Shown: positions 47,084-57,547, counted from the stretch's first letter. The stretch is DNA of 63,453 bases from Candidatus Parvarchaeum sp. (GCA_049965555.1 JBMFWF010000003.1:1-63453), one strand, 5' to 3'. Program-made: numbers and translations. The notes: generated by a model from the letters alone, not told the origin.

Positions 47084-47473
47084 TCACTGGTGGCCATAAG
47101 CGCCGAGCATCGCACTCAAAAGCACTAAGGCTATTAAAAACATTTTAATCCCAGGATCAACCTTTACTTTCGTAGCCTCTTCTATTGAACTTATAAGTAT
47201 ATTTCCAGAATTTGTTAGGTAATCGCTTAATTCGACCTCTGGTTTTATAAAATTCTGCAAATCCCCTTTTATTATGGCGGTTATATCATCGTTCAAGTGG
47301 TCCATAAATAACTGTACATTCTTGAAATTTGGGTCCGCCTTAAATTCTGCAATTAAACCTTCTTTACCGAGGGATTTTATATACTCCCCTACGCTGCCCT
47401 TCTTGGTCTTCCATTCATTGCCCTTTGATGAAAAATAAGCCTCTAGTAATGAACGAGTATAAGCTCTTTCCAT
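47084..47473 (-). CDS. Hypothetical protein with C-terminal TM anchor
   Basis: 129 aa, hydrophobic C-terminal helix. Confidence 0.65.
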   Translation of the reverse strand: MERAYTRSLLEAYFSSKGNEWKTKKGSVGEYIKSLGKEGLIAEFKADPNFKNVQLFMDHLNDDITAIIKGDLQNFIKPEVELSDYLTNSGNILISSIEEATKVKVDPGIKMFLIALVLLSAMLGAYGHQ

Positions 47474-47564
47474 AACAGAATTACATATTTGTTATTTAAG
47501 TACTTATCATTTTATTTTGAGCTATAAATAAAAATTATAAATACACGTAGAACTTTAAAGGGGT

Positions 47565-47813
47565 ATGGAAGAGATGGAAGCACTTATATTCGTTGAGGTT
47601 TCGCAAGGATCTTCAGCAATAGAGATAGCCAAGGCCGTTAGCGGTGATGAAAAGGTAACAGAGGTAATGTTGATAAGTGGACAATGGGATTTATTAATAA
47701 GATTAAAATACAGCAGCATAGAAGAACTTTCAAACTTTGTTGTTTCCCAACTAAGAAAAGAAAAAGGCGTCGGCAGGACTGACACCACTATAGTATTAAA
47801 CAAAGTGAAGTGA
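47565..47813 (+). CDS. Stand-alone Lrp/AsnC ligand-binding (RAM) domain
   Basis: V.EV..ISGQWDL, LR...GV.RT.T.IVL. Confidence 0.85.
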   Translation: MEEMEALIFVEVSQGSSAIEIAKAVSGDEKVTEVMLISGQWDLLIRLKYSSIEELSNFVVSQLRKEKGVGRTDTTIVLNKVK

Positions 47814-47821
47814 GGTAAAGA

Positions 47822-48859
47822 ATGGAAGAAGACGAAATTGAACACATTGAAGAAGAAAATAACGATGAAGATACAACAGAAAAAGTAAATTCTGAATTTG
47901 AATATAAGGATATAAAAGATTTGCCTGGAGTCGGTAGCACTATCGCTTCAAAAATAAGAAATGCTGGCTATCAAGACATAATAGCACTTGCAACTGCAAA
48001 TCCTTTGGTTTTGGTAGAAGCCTGCGGGATAGGAGAACCAACCGCAAGAAAGATAGTAGCAGAGGCAAGAGAAGCATCAAAAATGAACTTTATGTCTGGA
48101 CTGGAGTTCGAAGACAAAAGGAAAAGCGTACAAAGGATATCTACCGGTAGCGAGGCCCTCAATATTTTGTTGGGTGGAGGTGTAGAAACTCAATCAATAA
48201 CAGAATGCTACGGTGAATACGGTTCAGGTAAGAGCCAACTTGCATTTCAGCTATCTGTCAATGTGCAACTACCGTTAGAAAAAGGCGGATTGGAGGGCCA
48301 TGCAATATGGATTGACACTGAGGGGACATTCAGGCCGGCGAGAATTGAACAATTAGCAGCAGTAAAAGGCCTTGATCCAAAGCAGGCTTTGCAAAACATA
48401 AAGATAGGAAGAGCTTACTCGTCAGATCACCAAGTTCTTTTAGTAGACAAAATACCCGAATTAATAAATGCAGATCCTAAGATAAAATTAATAGTAGTAG
48501 ACAGCATGATGGCCTTGTTTCGTGCAGAATATGTGGGAAGAGGGACACTTGCAGACAGACAGCAGAAAGTAAATGTTGTTTTGCATAACCTTCAAAGACT
48601 AGCAGATCGCTTTAATGTAGCAGTTTATATAACAAACCAAGTTATGGCCCGGCCAGATGTAATGTTTGGAGACCCTACAGCAGCAGTTGGCGGACACATA
48701 ATCGGACATGTAGCTACTTACAGGATATACTTAAGAAAGGGAAAGAAAGGCTCAAGAGTAGCAAAGCTAGTAGATTCGCCAAGCTTGCCTGAAGGAGAAG
48801 CTTCTTTTGAGATCACTTCGAACGGAATAATGGATATAGAAGAAGAAAAGAAAAAATAA
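47822..48859 (+). CDS. radA: DNA repair and recombination protein RadA
   Basis: HhH LPGVG, Walker A GEYGSGKS, IDTEGTFRP.R, RAEY.GRG.LA.RQQ, TNQV. Confidence 0.96.
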   Translation: MEEDEIEHIEEENNDEDTTEKVNSEFEYKDIKDLPGVGSTIASKIRNAGYQDIIALATANPLVLVEACGIGEPTARKIVAEAREASKMNFMSGLEFEDKRKSVQRISTGSEALNILLGGGVETQSITECYGEYGSGKSQLAFQLSVNVQLPLEKGGLEGHAIWIDTEGTFRPARIEQLAAVKGLDPKQALQNIKIGRAYSSDHQVLLVDKIPELINADPKIKLIVVDSMMALFRAEYVGRGTLADRQQKVNVVLHNLQRLADRFNVAVYITNQVMARPDVMFGDPTAAVGGHIIGHVATYRIYLRKGKKGSRVAKLVDSPSLPEGEASFEITSNGIMDIEEEKKK

Positions 48860-48878
48860 GCCGTTTTATTGGTAAAAC

Positions 48879-49901
48879 ATGAAATTAGAAGGGGATAGAC
48901 TTAAAGGTATAATTGACTTGATTGAGCCTATAAAAGATCCAGAGATAGGCATAAGTATAGTTAAGCTCAGAATGGTAGAATCCGTTGAAGAAGACGACGG
49001 TAAAATAAAAGTGAATGTAAAATTGACTGTTCCTGGCTGTCCTCTGTCATCAACAATAGAAAAAGACATCAAGAAGGCACTTAAAGAGAAGGGATACAAC
49101 GATGCAGAAGTAAACTTTGGATTTATGTCCAAAAAAGAGCTTGAGGAAATAAAAGAAGTCGTCAGAAAAGAGCAGATAAAAATGCCTCAGAGCATAGAAA
49201 GATATGAGAAAAAAAGCATAAGAAAAATAATAGCAGTTTACTCTGCAAAGGGCGGGGTTGGGAAAAGCACTATTGTAAAGCTTTTGGCAGAAACCGCAAA
49301 TTCAATGAATTATAAAACAGGTATACTAGACTGCGATATATCCGGGCCTTCAATAACTTCTTTATTCAATTTAAAGGAAAGAGCATACGCCAATGAAGAA
49401 GGAAAAATAATTCCTGTAATAAAGGATGGAATAAAGATAATGGCAGTTGACATGCTAACTGATGTAGAAGCGATAATATGGCGTGGCCCTTTAGTTTCCA
49501 GCGCAATAAAACAGATGTACAATGATACTGATTGGGGCAGCTTGGATATACTTTTCTTGGATTTGCCCCCGGGTACTAGTGATGCACCTATAACTGTCTT
49601 TCAGTCGATACCTGTTGACGAAACTTTGGTTGTTACAACACCTCAAGAGCTTTCTAACTTAATAGGTAAGAAAACGATTGTTGTTGCCAAAAGCCTAAAT
49701 ATTCCGGTAGTAGGCGTAATAGAGAATATGAGCTATTTTGTATGCAAACACTGTGGAGAAAAGAACGAAATAGGTAGCAACTATAAAAAACTTGACCTGC
49801 CAATACTTGCAAAGTTGCCTTTCTTTAATGATCTTGATTCAGAAAAGAAAGAAAGCATTAATGAGCTGAGGATTTCCGTCGGCAAAATGCTTAACGGATA
49901 A
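48879..49901 (+). CDS. Mrp/ApbC/NBP35 Fe-S carrier ATPase with N-terminal DUF59
   Basis: DPE...SIV.L.MV, GCP, KGGVGKS, WRGP, DLPPGTSD, VTTPQ, ENMSYF.CxxC. Confidence 0.92.
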   Translation: MKLEGDRLKGIIDLIEPIKDPEIGISIVKLRMVESVEEDDGKIKVNVKLTVPGCPLSSTIEKDIKKALKEKGYNDAEVNFGFMSKKELEEIKEVVRKEQIKMPQSIERYEKKSIRKIIAVYSAKGGVGKSTIVKLLAETANSMNYKTGILDCDISGPSITSLFNLKERAYANEEGKIIPVIKDGIKIMAVDMLTDVEAIIWRGPLVSSAIKQMYNDTDWGSLDILFLDLPPGTSDAPITVFQSIPVDETLVVTTPQELSNLIGKKTIVVAKSLNIPVVGVIENMSYFVCKHCGEKNEIGSNYKKLDLPILAKLPFFNDLDSEKKESINELRISVGKMLNG

Positions 49902-49941
49902 TCTCATTAATCGTTTTATATTATAATAGACAATATAGCTT

Positions 49942-51213
49942 ATGGAGATATTTAAGGAATATGATATACGCGGGCTTTATCCTCAGGAAATAGATGAAGA
50001 GAAGGCATACAAAATAAGCAGGGCAATTGCAACCACTTTAAAGGGAAAGAAAACATTTTTGGGATATGACAACAGGATAGGGAGTTTAGCAATAAAGGAT
50101 TACGTTAAAAAGGGCTTAATAGAAAGCGGCAAACAGGTTATAGATTTGGGTTTAGGGCCTATAATGATACCCGTATTCGCTTCATTCATTGAAAAAACAA
50201 ACGGGCTATGCATAACGGCATCACATAATCCTGCAAAATATACGGGATTATTGCCTTATAACAAAGGAGTCACTGTTACACCAGAAAAAATAAAGAAGGT
50301 GTATGATAAAGGTAAGTTCAATGAAAATATTGGTAATTTAATAGAAGAAGATTATTATGAGAGGTATATATCTTACATAACTAAAGGGATAGGAAAACTA
50401 AATTTAAATATAGGAATAGACAGTATGGGCGGTTCAACAACAAGTATAGCGCCTGACATTTTTAAAAGACTTGGCTGCAATGTAAAGGTTTTGCATCCTA
50501 AACCAGATAGCAATTTTTATGGCAAGACACCCGAACCTATAAAAGAAAACGCAGGTGAATTAGAAAAGATGGTTAATAGAAATGGATTAGATGTTGGCAT
50601 GCAATTTGATGCAGACGGCGACAGAGTTGCTTTCGTTGATGAAACTGGGAAATTTGTAGACCCGATGGTCATAACAATGATATTCATCAAATACTTGAAG
50701 TTAAAGAAAGTGGTAGCGACAGTTGCATGCTCTTCTCACTTGGAAAAGTTTGCAAAAGTCACTTACTCAAAGGTTGGGAGACCCAACATAGAAAAAAGGC
50801 TTGTAAACAAAAAATTCGATTTGGGGGTAGAGACAGCTTCTCACTACTATTTTGCAAGGTATTTTCCTTTTTCAGATGGATTGTTGGGAGGAGTTCTTCT
50901 TGCCAGCATACTTAATAAAACCAAAAAGAAACTAAGCCAACTTGTTAATGAATTCCCAGCAATATATTTCAGTTCAATTTCTATACCGTTTAAAAGTGAA
51001 TCAGAAAGAAGCGATAAAATGAATAGAATAGAAAAAGAAGCGATCAAATATGGAAAGATTGAAAAAATAGACGGAATAAAGGTAATAAACGAGCAGGGAT
51101 TTATGCTTTTCAGGAAATCTAATACAGAACCAATACTACGGGTATACTATGAAGGGAAGGATAAAGAAGCATACGAAAAAATAAAAGAAACTGTAAATTC
51201 AATAATAAGATGA
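49942..51213 (+). CDS. Phosphohexomutase (PMM/PGM) family
   Basis: IF.EYDIRG, ITASHNP, FDADGDR, FRKSNTEP..R. Confidence 0.92.
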   Translation: MEIFKEYDIRGLYPQEIDEEKAYKISRAIATTLKGKKTFLGYDNRIGSLAIKDYVKKGLIESGKQVIDLGLGPIMIPVFASFIEKTNGLCITASHNPAKYTGLLPYNKGVTVTPEKIKKVYDKGKFNENIGNLIEEDYYERYISYITKGIGKLNLNIGIDSMGGSTTSIAPDIFKRLGCNVKVLHPKPDSNFYGKTPEPIKENAGELEKMVNRNGLDVGMQFDADGDRVAFVDETGKFVDPMVITMIFIKYLKLKKVVATVACSSHLEKFAKVTYSKVGRPNIEKRLVNKKFDLGVETASHYYFARYFPFSDGLLGGVLLASILNKTKKKLSQLVNEFPAIYFSSISIPFKSESERSDKMNRIEKEAIKYGKIEKIDGIKVINEQGFMLFRKSNTEPILRVYYEGKDKEAYEKIKETVNSIIR

Positions 51214-52109
51214 TGGAAGAATGGATAATCGATAAGATAACTGAAAAAAGCAGTAAGTCTAAGGAAGAGATACTTGACATTATCCAGCAAAGAAAAAAAC
51301 AGTTCCCAGAATTAACTGAAGACGCAATATTAAGGATGCTGGCAACTGAAAATGGCATTATACCTATCAAAAGAGATTACAAGATAAAGGAAATAAACCA
51401 ACGAATAAATCACGTAAACTTGTCCGCAAAGATAAAAAGAAAGTTTCCGCCGAGGACAGTAACGGTAAAAGGAAGAGAAGCTAGAGTTATGAATTTTCTT
51501 ATAGAAGATGAAACTGGCGAAATACCAGTAGTGACCTGGGATGAAAATTATATCAACAGAATAATAAACAGCCAAGATGGCGAGAGCATATCAATAGCAA
51601 ACGCATATTCAAAAGAAAACCCCTTTAATGGTATAATAGAATTGAACCTTGGAAACGGAAGCGCGATATCTGTGAATTCAAATTTTACACAAAGGAAAGA
51701 AGAGAATAAAGCAGAGTACAAAAAGATAAGGGACTTAATGGATGGAGAAACGGCAGATATACGCGGCTTTATAACTAGAATCTTCTCAGATGACATTTAC
51801 CTAATAAGGTGCAATATCTGCAAAAAGAAGGTAGATGTTGAATGCGACATACATAAGGACAAAGCCCTGTCGAAAACCTTAAGGATTAGGGGGATATTTG
51901 ACGACGGAATTTACAGTTCAAGCATAACATTCTTCGACAGACAGGCAGACTCTCTTCTGAAGCTCTCACAAAGCCAGGACATAAAAGAAAAACTAAACGA
52001 TATTTCATTTGGTTTATACCAATTAAATATAAACGCAAAAATGAACAAATTTAACGATAATTATTCATTGACTGCAAGAAAAATTGCTAAAACGGAATAT
52101 AATCTTTAA
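51210..52109 (+). CDS. Replication protein A-like OB-fold protein with zinc finger
   Basis: DETGEI.VV.W OB fold, CxxC...CxxH. Confidence 0.8.
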   Translation: MMEEWIIDKITEKSSKSKEEILDIIQQRKKQFPELTEDAILRMLATENGIIPIKRDYKIKEINQRINHVNLSAKIKRKFPPRTVTVKGREARVMNFLIEDETGEIPVVTWDENYINRIINSQDGESISIANAYSKENPFNGIIELNLGNGSAISVNSNFTQRKEENKAEYKKIRDLMDGETADIRGFITRIFSDDIYLIRCNICKKKVDVECDIHKDKALSKTLRIRGIFDDGIYSSSITFFDRQADSLLKLSQSQDIKEKLNDISFGLYQLNINAKMNKFNDNYSLTARKIAKTEYNL

Positions 52110-52110
52110 A

Positions 52111-52962
52111 CTACACAAAGATGTAAAGGAAAGATCCAATTGTTATTAAAGTTATCCCTATTAACCCAAATTTTTTAGCTCTTTCACCTAAAATTAAAAA
52201 CGATGCTGCTACTACTATTGGAATTCCTAACTGGGCAACAAAAGGTGTTAGAACCGCATTAAATTTGTACGCAAACGAGAAAACAACCGTTGCAACGCCA
52301 TTTAAGATGCCTGCCAATGCAATGTACTTAAACTTTTTATCGGATATATAATAAGTAATCGATTTATGCCTATTCTGTAAAAATGCAACTGGCAAGCAAA
52401 AAACAAAGGCAAAAGACTGGAGAATTGAGTAGTAAAGCAATGGAAGATTTGTATTTATAGTATAAAATAGCACCCACATAAACACCCATAACAATACTGC
52501 TATCAATGTAAAAACTACGTACTTAGAAAATCTGGCTTTTCCACTTGTATTAAATAAAAGAAATGTTATACCTGCTATTACAATTAAAAACGGCAAAATA
52601 ATTGAATGCAAATCAGAAATGAAAAAGAAGACGCTGCTAAATAATGCTATAAGTACCTGCTGAGATCCGACAATCGTATTTATTATAGATATATTGTAGT
52701 GCTCTACGGAATAAAGCATTAAATACATTCCTAAGGTATACATCCCTCCTAAAAGTGCAAGAAGGGGCAAATAACCTAAATCAAATGAAAGGTTCCTGTA
52801 GATTACGAACGGAACTATAATAGTGCCAATTGCAGAAAACCCGAGGAATATTGGTATGAATTTTCTGTATCCGACGCCGCCTATGTACTTTTTTGATATT
52901 AGAGGATATAACGAAAACCCAACAAGTATTACAAAAAGAGACAATATGTAAGTATAAAGCAT
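52111..52962 (-). CDS. EamA/DMT family transporter
   Basis: About 10 TMs; FLILGE...K....GI.LI..G ending. Confidence 0.75.
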   Translation of the reverse strand: MLYTYILSLFVILVGFSLYPLISKKYIGGVGYRKFIPIFLGFSAIGTIIVPFVIYRNLSFDLGYLPLLALLGGMYTLGMYLMLYSVEHYNISIINTIVGSQQVLIALFSSVFFFISDLHSIILPFLIVIAGITFLLFNTSGKARFSKYVVFTLIAVLLWVFMWVLFYTINTNLPLLYYSILQSFAFVFCLPVAFLQNRHKSITYYISDKKFKYIALAGILNGVATVVFSFAYKFNAVLTPFVAQLGIPIVVAASFLILGERAKKFGLIGITLITIGSFLYIFV

Positions 52963-52963
52963 A

Positions 52964-53248
52964 TCACAGCTTTCTTATAGAGCCTGCTTTGCCTACATTC
53001 ACCTGCAGCTCGTCTCTAAAAGATTTGACATAGCCTTTGCTTATTTCCACAGTATCCCCTACGGAAAACATTTCAATTTGCTTTCCCCATAAAGAAAGCT
53101 TGCATTCTCCGCTATCATCTTTTATTTTTGCAGTAGCAACTTTATTACTGCCGAATTTGGTCATTACCTCTCTTGCTTCTCCTATTTCAGTTATTTCAGC
53201 CGACAAATCAACATCACTCATTCCGTCCTTTAATTCCGATATTTTCAT
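52964..53248 (-). CDS. Single-OB single-stranded DNA-binding protein
   Basis: MKISELKDGM..V, DDSG..KLSLW, GD.V.I..GYV..FR..LQ.NVG; ATG 53248. Confidence 0.88.
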   Translation of the reverse strand: MKISELKDGMSDVDLSAEITEIGEAREVMTKFGSNKVATAKIKDDSGECKLSLWGKQIEMFSVGDTVEISKGYVKSFRDELQVNVGKAGSIRKL

Positions 53249-53252
53249 ATTT

Positions 53253-54188
53253 TCACCCCAAAAAAGAAGAATACAACAATGGAAGCAGTATTGTAACATC
53301 GCCTTCTACAGTTATCTGCTTTGCTTCCGGCTTAACCTTGCCCCAAGATATTGCTTCTTCTAACCTTGCGCCTGACAGACTACCATCCCACTCAACTGCA
53401 GTAGTCATGTATATCGCATAATCCAAACCATTCTTAAACTGGTTCCACCAAATTGTGTGGTGCTTGGATATTCCCCCGCCAAGCATCAAAGCCCCGCTCT
53501 TCTTTGCTTTGAAGACTATCCCTGCTAGAAGGTCTTCGTCTTTTATTAGGTTTATTTTAAAGTCTTTGTCCTTCTGGGAATACATCCATATCTGAGAACC
53601 GACACTCCCATCCGTTATTCCTGGAACTATCATTGGTATATTGTTCTTCCAGGCCCAGTAAACTATCGATTCTTTTGCATTCTTTTCCTTGCTTATTTTA
53701 CTTCCAATAAATGATATCAACTCGCTTGTCGAATATTCTTTTTGCTGCCCTGCTGCTTCCTTTAGTATAGGAATAAGCTTATCCTCGAGAATATAACCGT
53801 AGCTGTCGTTTGGTATAAATATATTGTAGAGCCTGTTTATGCCTTCCTGCCTTAATTTTGCATCGTCCGACATTTGGGTTCCTGCGTAATAGTCTTTCCA
53901 AACTTTCGCAAGGTCATGGTCCAGTGTTCCGCATGTAGTTATTATCACATCTACAAGCTTGTTTTTTACTAAATCTACTATTACCCCTCTCAAACCTGTT
54001 GATATCACATCTGCGGGAAAAGAAAGGAACTTAACGCATTTGCTGTCTTTTTCCATGTCCTTAAATATGTCTGAAGCTATTGCCAATTTCTTTGCAGTGA
54101 AACCGCCGCTCTCTGAGAAAGCATTCACTAAGTCGGAAACCTTTTCTCCTTTTTTAATCTCTATATTTTTTACTTTCTTTCCTAGCAT
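53253..54188 (-). CDS. dys: Deoxyhypusine synthase
   Basis: GFTA..L, STGLR, GINR, PGITDGSVG, GGG.SKHH, DGSLSGA..EAISWGK. Confidence 0.95.
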   Translation of the reverse strand: MLGKKVKNIEIKKGEKVSDLVNAFSESGGFTAKKLAIASDIFKDMEKDSKCVKFLSFPADVISTGLRGVIVDLVKNKLVDVIITTCGTLDHDLAKVWKDYYAGTQMSDDAKLRQEGINRLYNIFIPNDSYGYILEDKLIPILKEAAGQQKEYSTSELISFIGSKISKEKNAKESIVYWAWKNNIPMIVPGITDGSVGSQIWMYSQKDKDFKINLIKDEDLLAGIVFKAKKSGALMLGGGISKHHTIWWNQFKNGLDYAIYMTTAVEWDGSLSGARLEEAISWGKVKPEAKQITVEGDVTILLPLLYSSFLG

Positions 54189-54230
54189 CCTTATTTTAGT
54201 GAATTTATTATTTAAATATGTTTTAAAGAT

Positions 54231-55475
54231 TTAATTTGATATGAGTAGAATAGAATTATCTTCGCCCTCATTTTTAAGATACTCTGCAGCTGCTGCTTGC
54301 ACGTCTTCCTCTTTAAGATTCATCACATCTTTATAAATTTCATTTGGATCTTTTCCGTATTCCAATGCGGAGTCTAATATATAACTAGAATGATCTAAAG
54401 TAGAATCAAATGTGTCGGCAAGGCTTGCTTTTAAGCTTATTTTAGATCTATTCGCATTTTTGTCAATAACATCTCCATTTATCATTTTTTCTATTTCATT
54501 GAACATTATCTTTTTGACTTTTTCTAAATCTTTGTTTTTTACCTCTGCATATGTAACTAGATAACCGGTATGCCTACCTATGCTTATATCTGAGTCCGAG
54601 AGATATACTAAGCCAGCTTTATCTCGCATACTCTCCATAAGCCTGCTCGACAAGATATCCCTTATATAATTGAGCGCTGCCACTCCTTCTTCTGATTTTT
54701 TATAAAGCTCGCCCGCGCCAGGAAGTTTCATACCGAATATTATAGAAGACTGGCCCGAATAAGGCCTAAAGCTTTTCATATGTACGCTTCTGTATTCTGT
54801 TTTGCCTAGGTATACCTCTAAATTAGGTTGGATATTTTCCTTTTTAATATTTCCAAAAGAATTGTTTATACTTTCCATTACTCTTTTCCTATTAAAATTG
54901 CCTGCTACAGATATAATAGCATTCCCAGGGCAGTAGTATTTTGAGTAGATATCGATTAAGGTATCCTTAGATAACTCTTCAACTTTAAAAGGATCTCCAC
55001 CTAAAAATGTTGTTACTGGCTTCCTAAATAGGTATGCCCTTGTAATTGCTCCCTCTAGTACAAGATCCTCCCCATAATTAGCATGCACTTCGTTTGTTAG
55101 TGCATTTTTCTCCTTTTCCAGATTCTCTTCAGGAAAAACAGAATCAAAAATCATCTCTGAAACAGTATCAAATACATACTGTGATTTAAATAGGTTTAAA
55201 AATTTAAATTTATAAACGGTTTTCTCCGCAGAGGTTTCTCCATTCCAGTATAAGGTATTATTGTCCAAAAAATCTCTTAATGTCTTTTTACTAAATTTAG
55301 CAGCGCCCTCAAAGAGCATATGTTCTATAAGGTGAGATATTCCTGTGACTTCGTTACTTTCGTTAAAAAGACCATATTTAAACCCAACTGAAATCGAAGC
55401 ACTATGAAGATTATTATTAGGGCTCAGTATTACTTCTAAACCGTTATCAAGCCTTCGCTTGTAATAAGGCATCAT
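54231..55475 (-). CDS. M16 family zinc peptidase
   Basis: LDNGL.V, GISHLIEHMLF.G inverted zinc motif, YY.P.N....V.G, R...GLVY. Confidence 0.88.
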   Translation of the reverse strand: MMPYYKRRLDNGLEVILSPNNNLHSASISVGFKYGLFNESNEVTGISHLIEHMLFEGAAKFSKKTLRDFLDNNTLYWNGETSAEKTVYKFKFLNLFKSQYVFDTVSEMIFDSVFPEENLEKEKNALTNEVHANYGEDLVLEGAITRAYLFRKPVTTFLGGDPFKVEELSKDTLIDIYSKYYCPGNAIISVAGNFNRKRVMESINNSFGNIKKENIQPNLEVYLGKTEYRSVHMKSFRPYSGQSSIIFGMKLPGAGELYKKSEEGVAALNYIRDILSSRLMESMRDKAGLVYLSDSDISIGRHTGYLVTYAEVKNKDLEKVKKIMFNEIEKMINGDVIDKNANRSKISLKASLADTFDSTLDHSSYILDSALEYGKDPNEIYKDVMNLKEEDVQAAAAEYLKNEGEDNSILLISN

Positions 55476-55545
55476 TTAATTTAATGAATAAATGGCATAT
55501 TAATAATTATAGGTAGTTTGAAGCAAAATTGGATTTGAATTCCTA

Positions 55546-56184
55546 TTATTTACGCCGCTTTCCTTTCTGATAACCCATTAAATATGCAAGTAGACCACCA
55601 CTTATTGCAAGAAAAATATCTGTGGCCCCTACAAGCTCTGCCGCATAAATACTGGGCGTCCTCAATCCTTCTTTTATTAAGGGTATAAAGCCTAGAATAT
55701 CTAAGGACAAAAGTGCTGCATAAGGACCGAGTCTTACTTTTTGCACAAACCCCTCATTTTCAAGGCCCTTCAATGCTACTTTGTATAAATACCTTTTTTG
55801 GCGTTCTTTGGAGTAATCCAGTGATTTTATTGGGAGATTGCTGTTATAACCTCTGCGTTCAAGTTCTCTTTCCAACATTTTAAGTGAAGCCTGTGATAGC
55901 ACTAGTTTATACCTCTCTTCATCTCCACCACACCTCTTATATTTGTTCATTTCTTTTGTAACTGAATATAAATAAGAAGAAAAAGCGTGTTTGAAAAATT
56001 CAGTATTTTCTTTATAAACAGTAGCGAGTTTCTCAAACCTAGATTGTCCTATCATTAATTCAAAATCTGACACTGCATTAAGAACCTTGTTTTCAAGATC
56101 GCTATTTTTTGAACCATTAAAATTAGAATCGATTATCAGCTTTGACAACGATGACCTGAAATAACTGGCACCATTGTTATCCAT
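55546..56184 (-). CDS. Hypothetical protein with C-terminal hydrophobic hairpin (LSKLI motif)
   Basis: 212-aa ORF with two hydrophobic segments near the C-terminus. Confidence 0.7.
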   Translation of the reverse strand: MDNNGASYFRSSLSKLIIDSNFNGSKNSDLENKVLNAVSDFELMIGQSRFEKLATVYKENTEFFKHAFSSYLYSVTKEMNKYKRCGGDEERYKLVLSQASLKMLERELERRGYNSNLPIKSLDYSKERQKRYLYKVALKGLENEGFVQKVRLGPYAALLSLDILGFIPLIKEGLRTPSIYAAELVGATDIFLAISGGLLAYLMGYQKGKRRK

Positions 56185-56246
56185 CTTATTCTATAGGATT
56201 TAATGTTTAAATAAGTAATTTAAGCATTAATTCTTCTTGCTGGGTT

Positions 56247-56900
56247 TTAAATCGTCCTTTCCTGGCCCGGCTCCAATACTATTACCTTTGAGCCTTTCAC
56301 CATCTTAGCAAATTTATTTACATCCTGCATTATTGGAGGAAAGGTGTTGTAATGCATTGGGAAAACTAGTTTTGCCCCTAAGTATTTAGCAGCAATTGCA
56401 GCCTCTTTAGGCCCCATTGTAAAAAACCCTCCTATTGGAAGCATCGCAACATCTGGTTTATAGAGTTTCTTTATAAGTTGCATGTCGCTGAATAAAGCCG
56501 TATCTCCGGCATGATATATGGTCTTCCCGTCCCCGCGTATGATAAACCCGCCTTCATTGCCGCTATGTATTGCTGGAACCATTGCTATCTCAAGTGAACC
56601 TAACTTAGTTATACTTCCTATATTCATACCTATAGCATTTGCCTCTGGTACTCCTGCTTTTTGAGCATCTAAAGAAAGTTCAAACTTGCCTATTAATTTC
56701 GCATTATTTCTTTTTGCGATATCGAATGCATCCCCCAAATGATCAAAATGATTATGCGTAACGAAAACCATATCGACCATTACATCCTGCGATTTCATAG
56801 CTGCTTTTGGATTGTTAGTGAGAAAGGGATCAATTATTATCTTTGTATCCTTAAAATTTATTATCCATGCTGCATGGCCTAACCATTTAACGCTAACCAT
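56247..56900 (-). CDS. UPF0173 MBL-fold metal-dependent hydrolase
   Basis: WLGHA, IDPF..NP, THNHFDH.GD, YHAGDT, LPIGG.FTM, PMHYNTFP. Confidence 0.92.
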   Translation of the reverse strand: MVSVKWLGHAAWIINFKDTKIIIDPFLTNNPKAAMKSQDVMVDMVFVTHNHFDHLGDAFDIAKRNNAKLIGKFELSLDAQKAGVPEANAIGMNIGSITKLGSLEIAMVPAIHSGNEGGFIIRGDGKTIYHAGDTALFSDMQLIKKLYKPDVAMLPIGGFFTMGPKEAAIAAKYLGAKLVFPMHYNTFPPIMQDVNKFAKMVKGSKVIVLEPGQERTI

Positions 56901-56920
56901 TTAAAACACCTCCTGACATT

Positions 56921-57487
56921 TTACAAAGGGATTATTCCGCTTGCAGTCACTGCCAGCAATATTGAAAGAACGCCGGATGCAATAAGAAAACCAGATTGCA
57001 GGCCCGCTTTCATCTTGCCGTGAGTGAGCGCGAAGAAACCTACCTCATCAAATAAGTAGGATACTAAAGTTATTTCCACTATTATGAAATCTGCAAGACT
57101 ATAGACAGAATAACCTGAATTCCAGAAGAACAACGCGATTATAGCAATTATATTAAAGACAAAAAGTACCATAGTCATATCGCCTATGAATTTCATGTCC
57201 CAATTATACAAGAGAGTCATACCAAATGTTATCCACACAAATGAAAATATCAGCATAAGAAGGGAGAACATCAATTCTACATTTGCTGCAGGATAAACAG
57301 TTCCATAAGGCGTTGTTATTATAAGCAGCAATGATGAAATAAATATTGCAAGTCCGACCAAAATAACGATTACGCCGAGAGTTTTTGCAGCCGTTTTGTC
57401 CTTGCTTGACCCTTTTAGATTAATACCAGAAATTATGGCCGCAACAGAAAATGCTGAGATAGCGAGTGCTACTGGTGCCAATGCCAT
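56921..57487 (-). CDS. AmiS/UreI-like six-TM channel (tentative)
   Basis: Six TMs; LIFSFVW...L.NWD.K..G resembles the family LLFGFTYL...D.R segment. Confidence 0.5.
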   Translation of the reverse strand: MALAPVALAISAFSVAAIISGINLKGSSKDKTAAKTLGVIVILVGLAIFISSLLLIITTPYGTVYPAANVELMFSLLMLIFSFVWITFGMTLLYNWDMKFIGDMTMVLFVFNIIAIIALFFWNSGYSVYSLADFIIVEITLVSYLFDEVGFFALTHGKMKAGLQSGFLIASGVLSILLAVTASGIIPL

Positions 57488-57547
57488 GTTAAAATAAAAT
57501 AGCCGTTATATATAAACTTTTGAAAATAAATTAAATATTATAATTTA

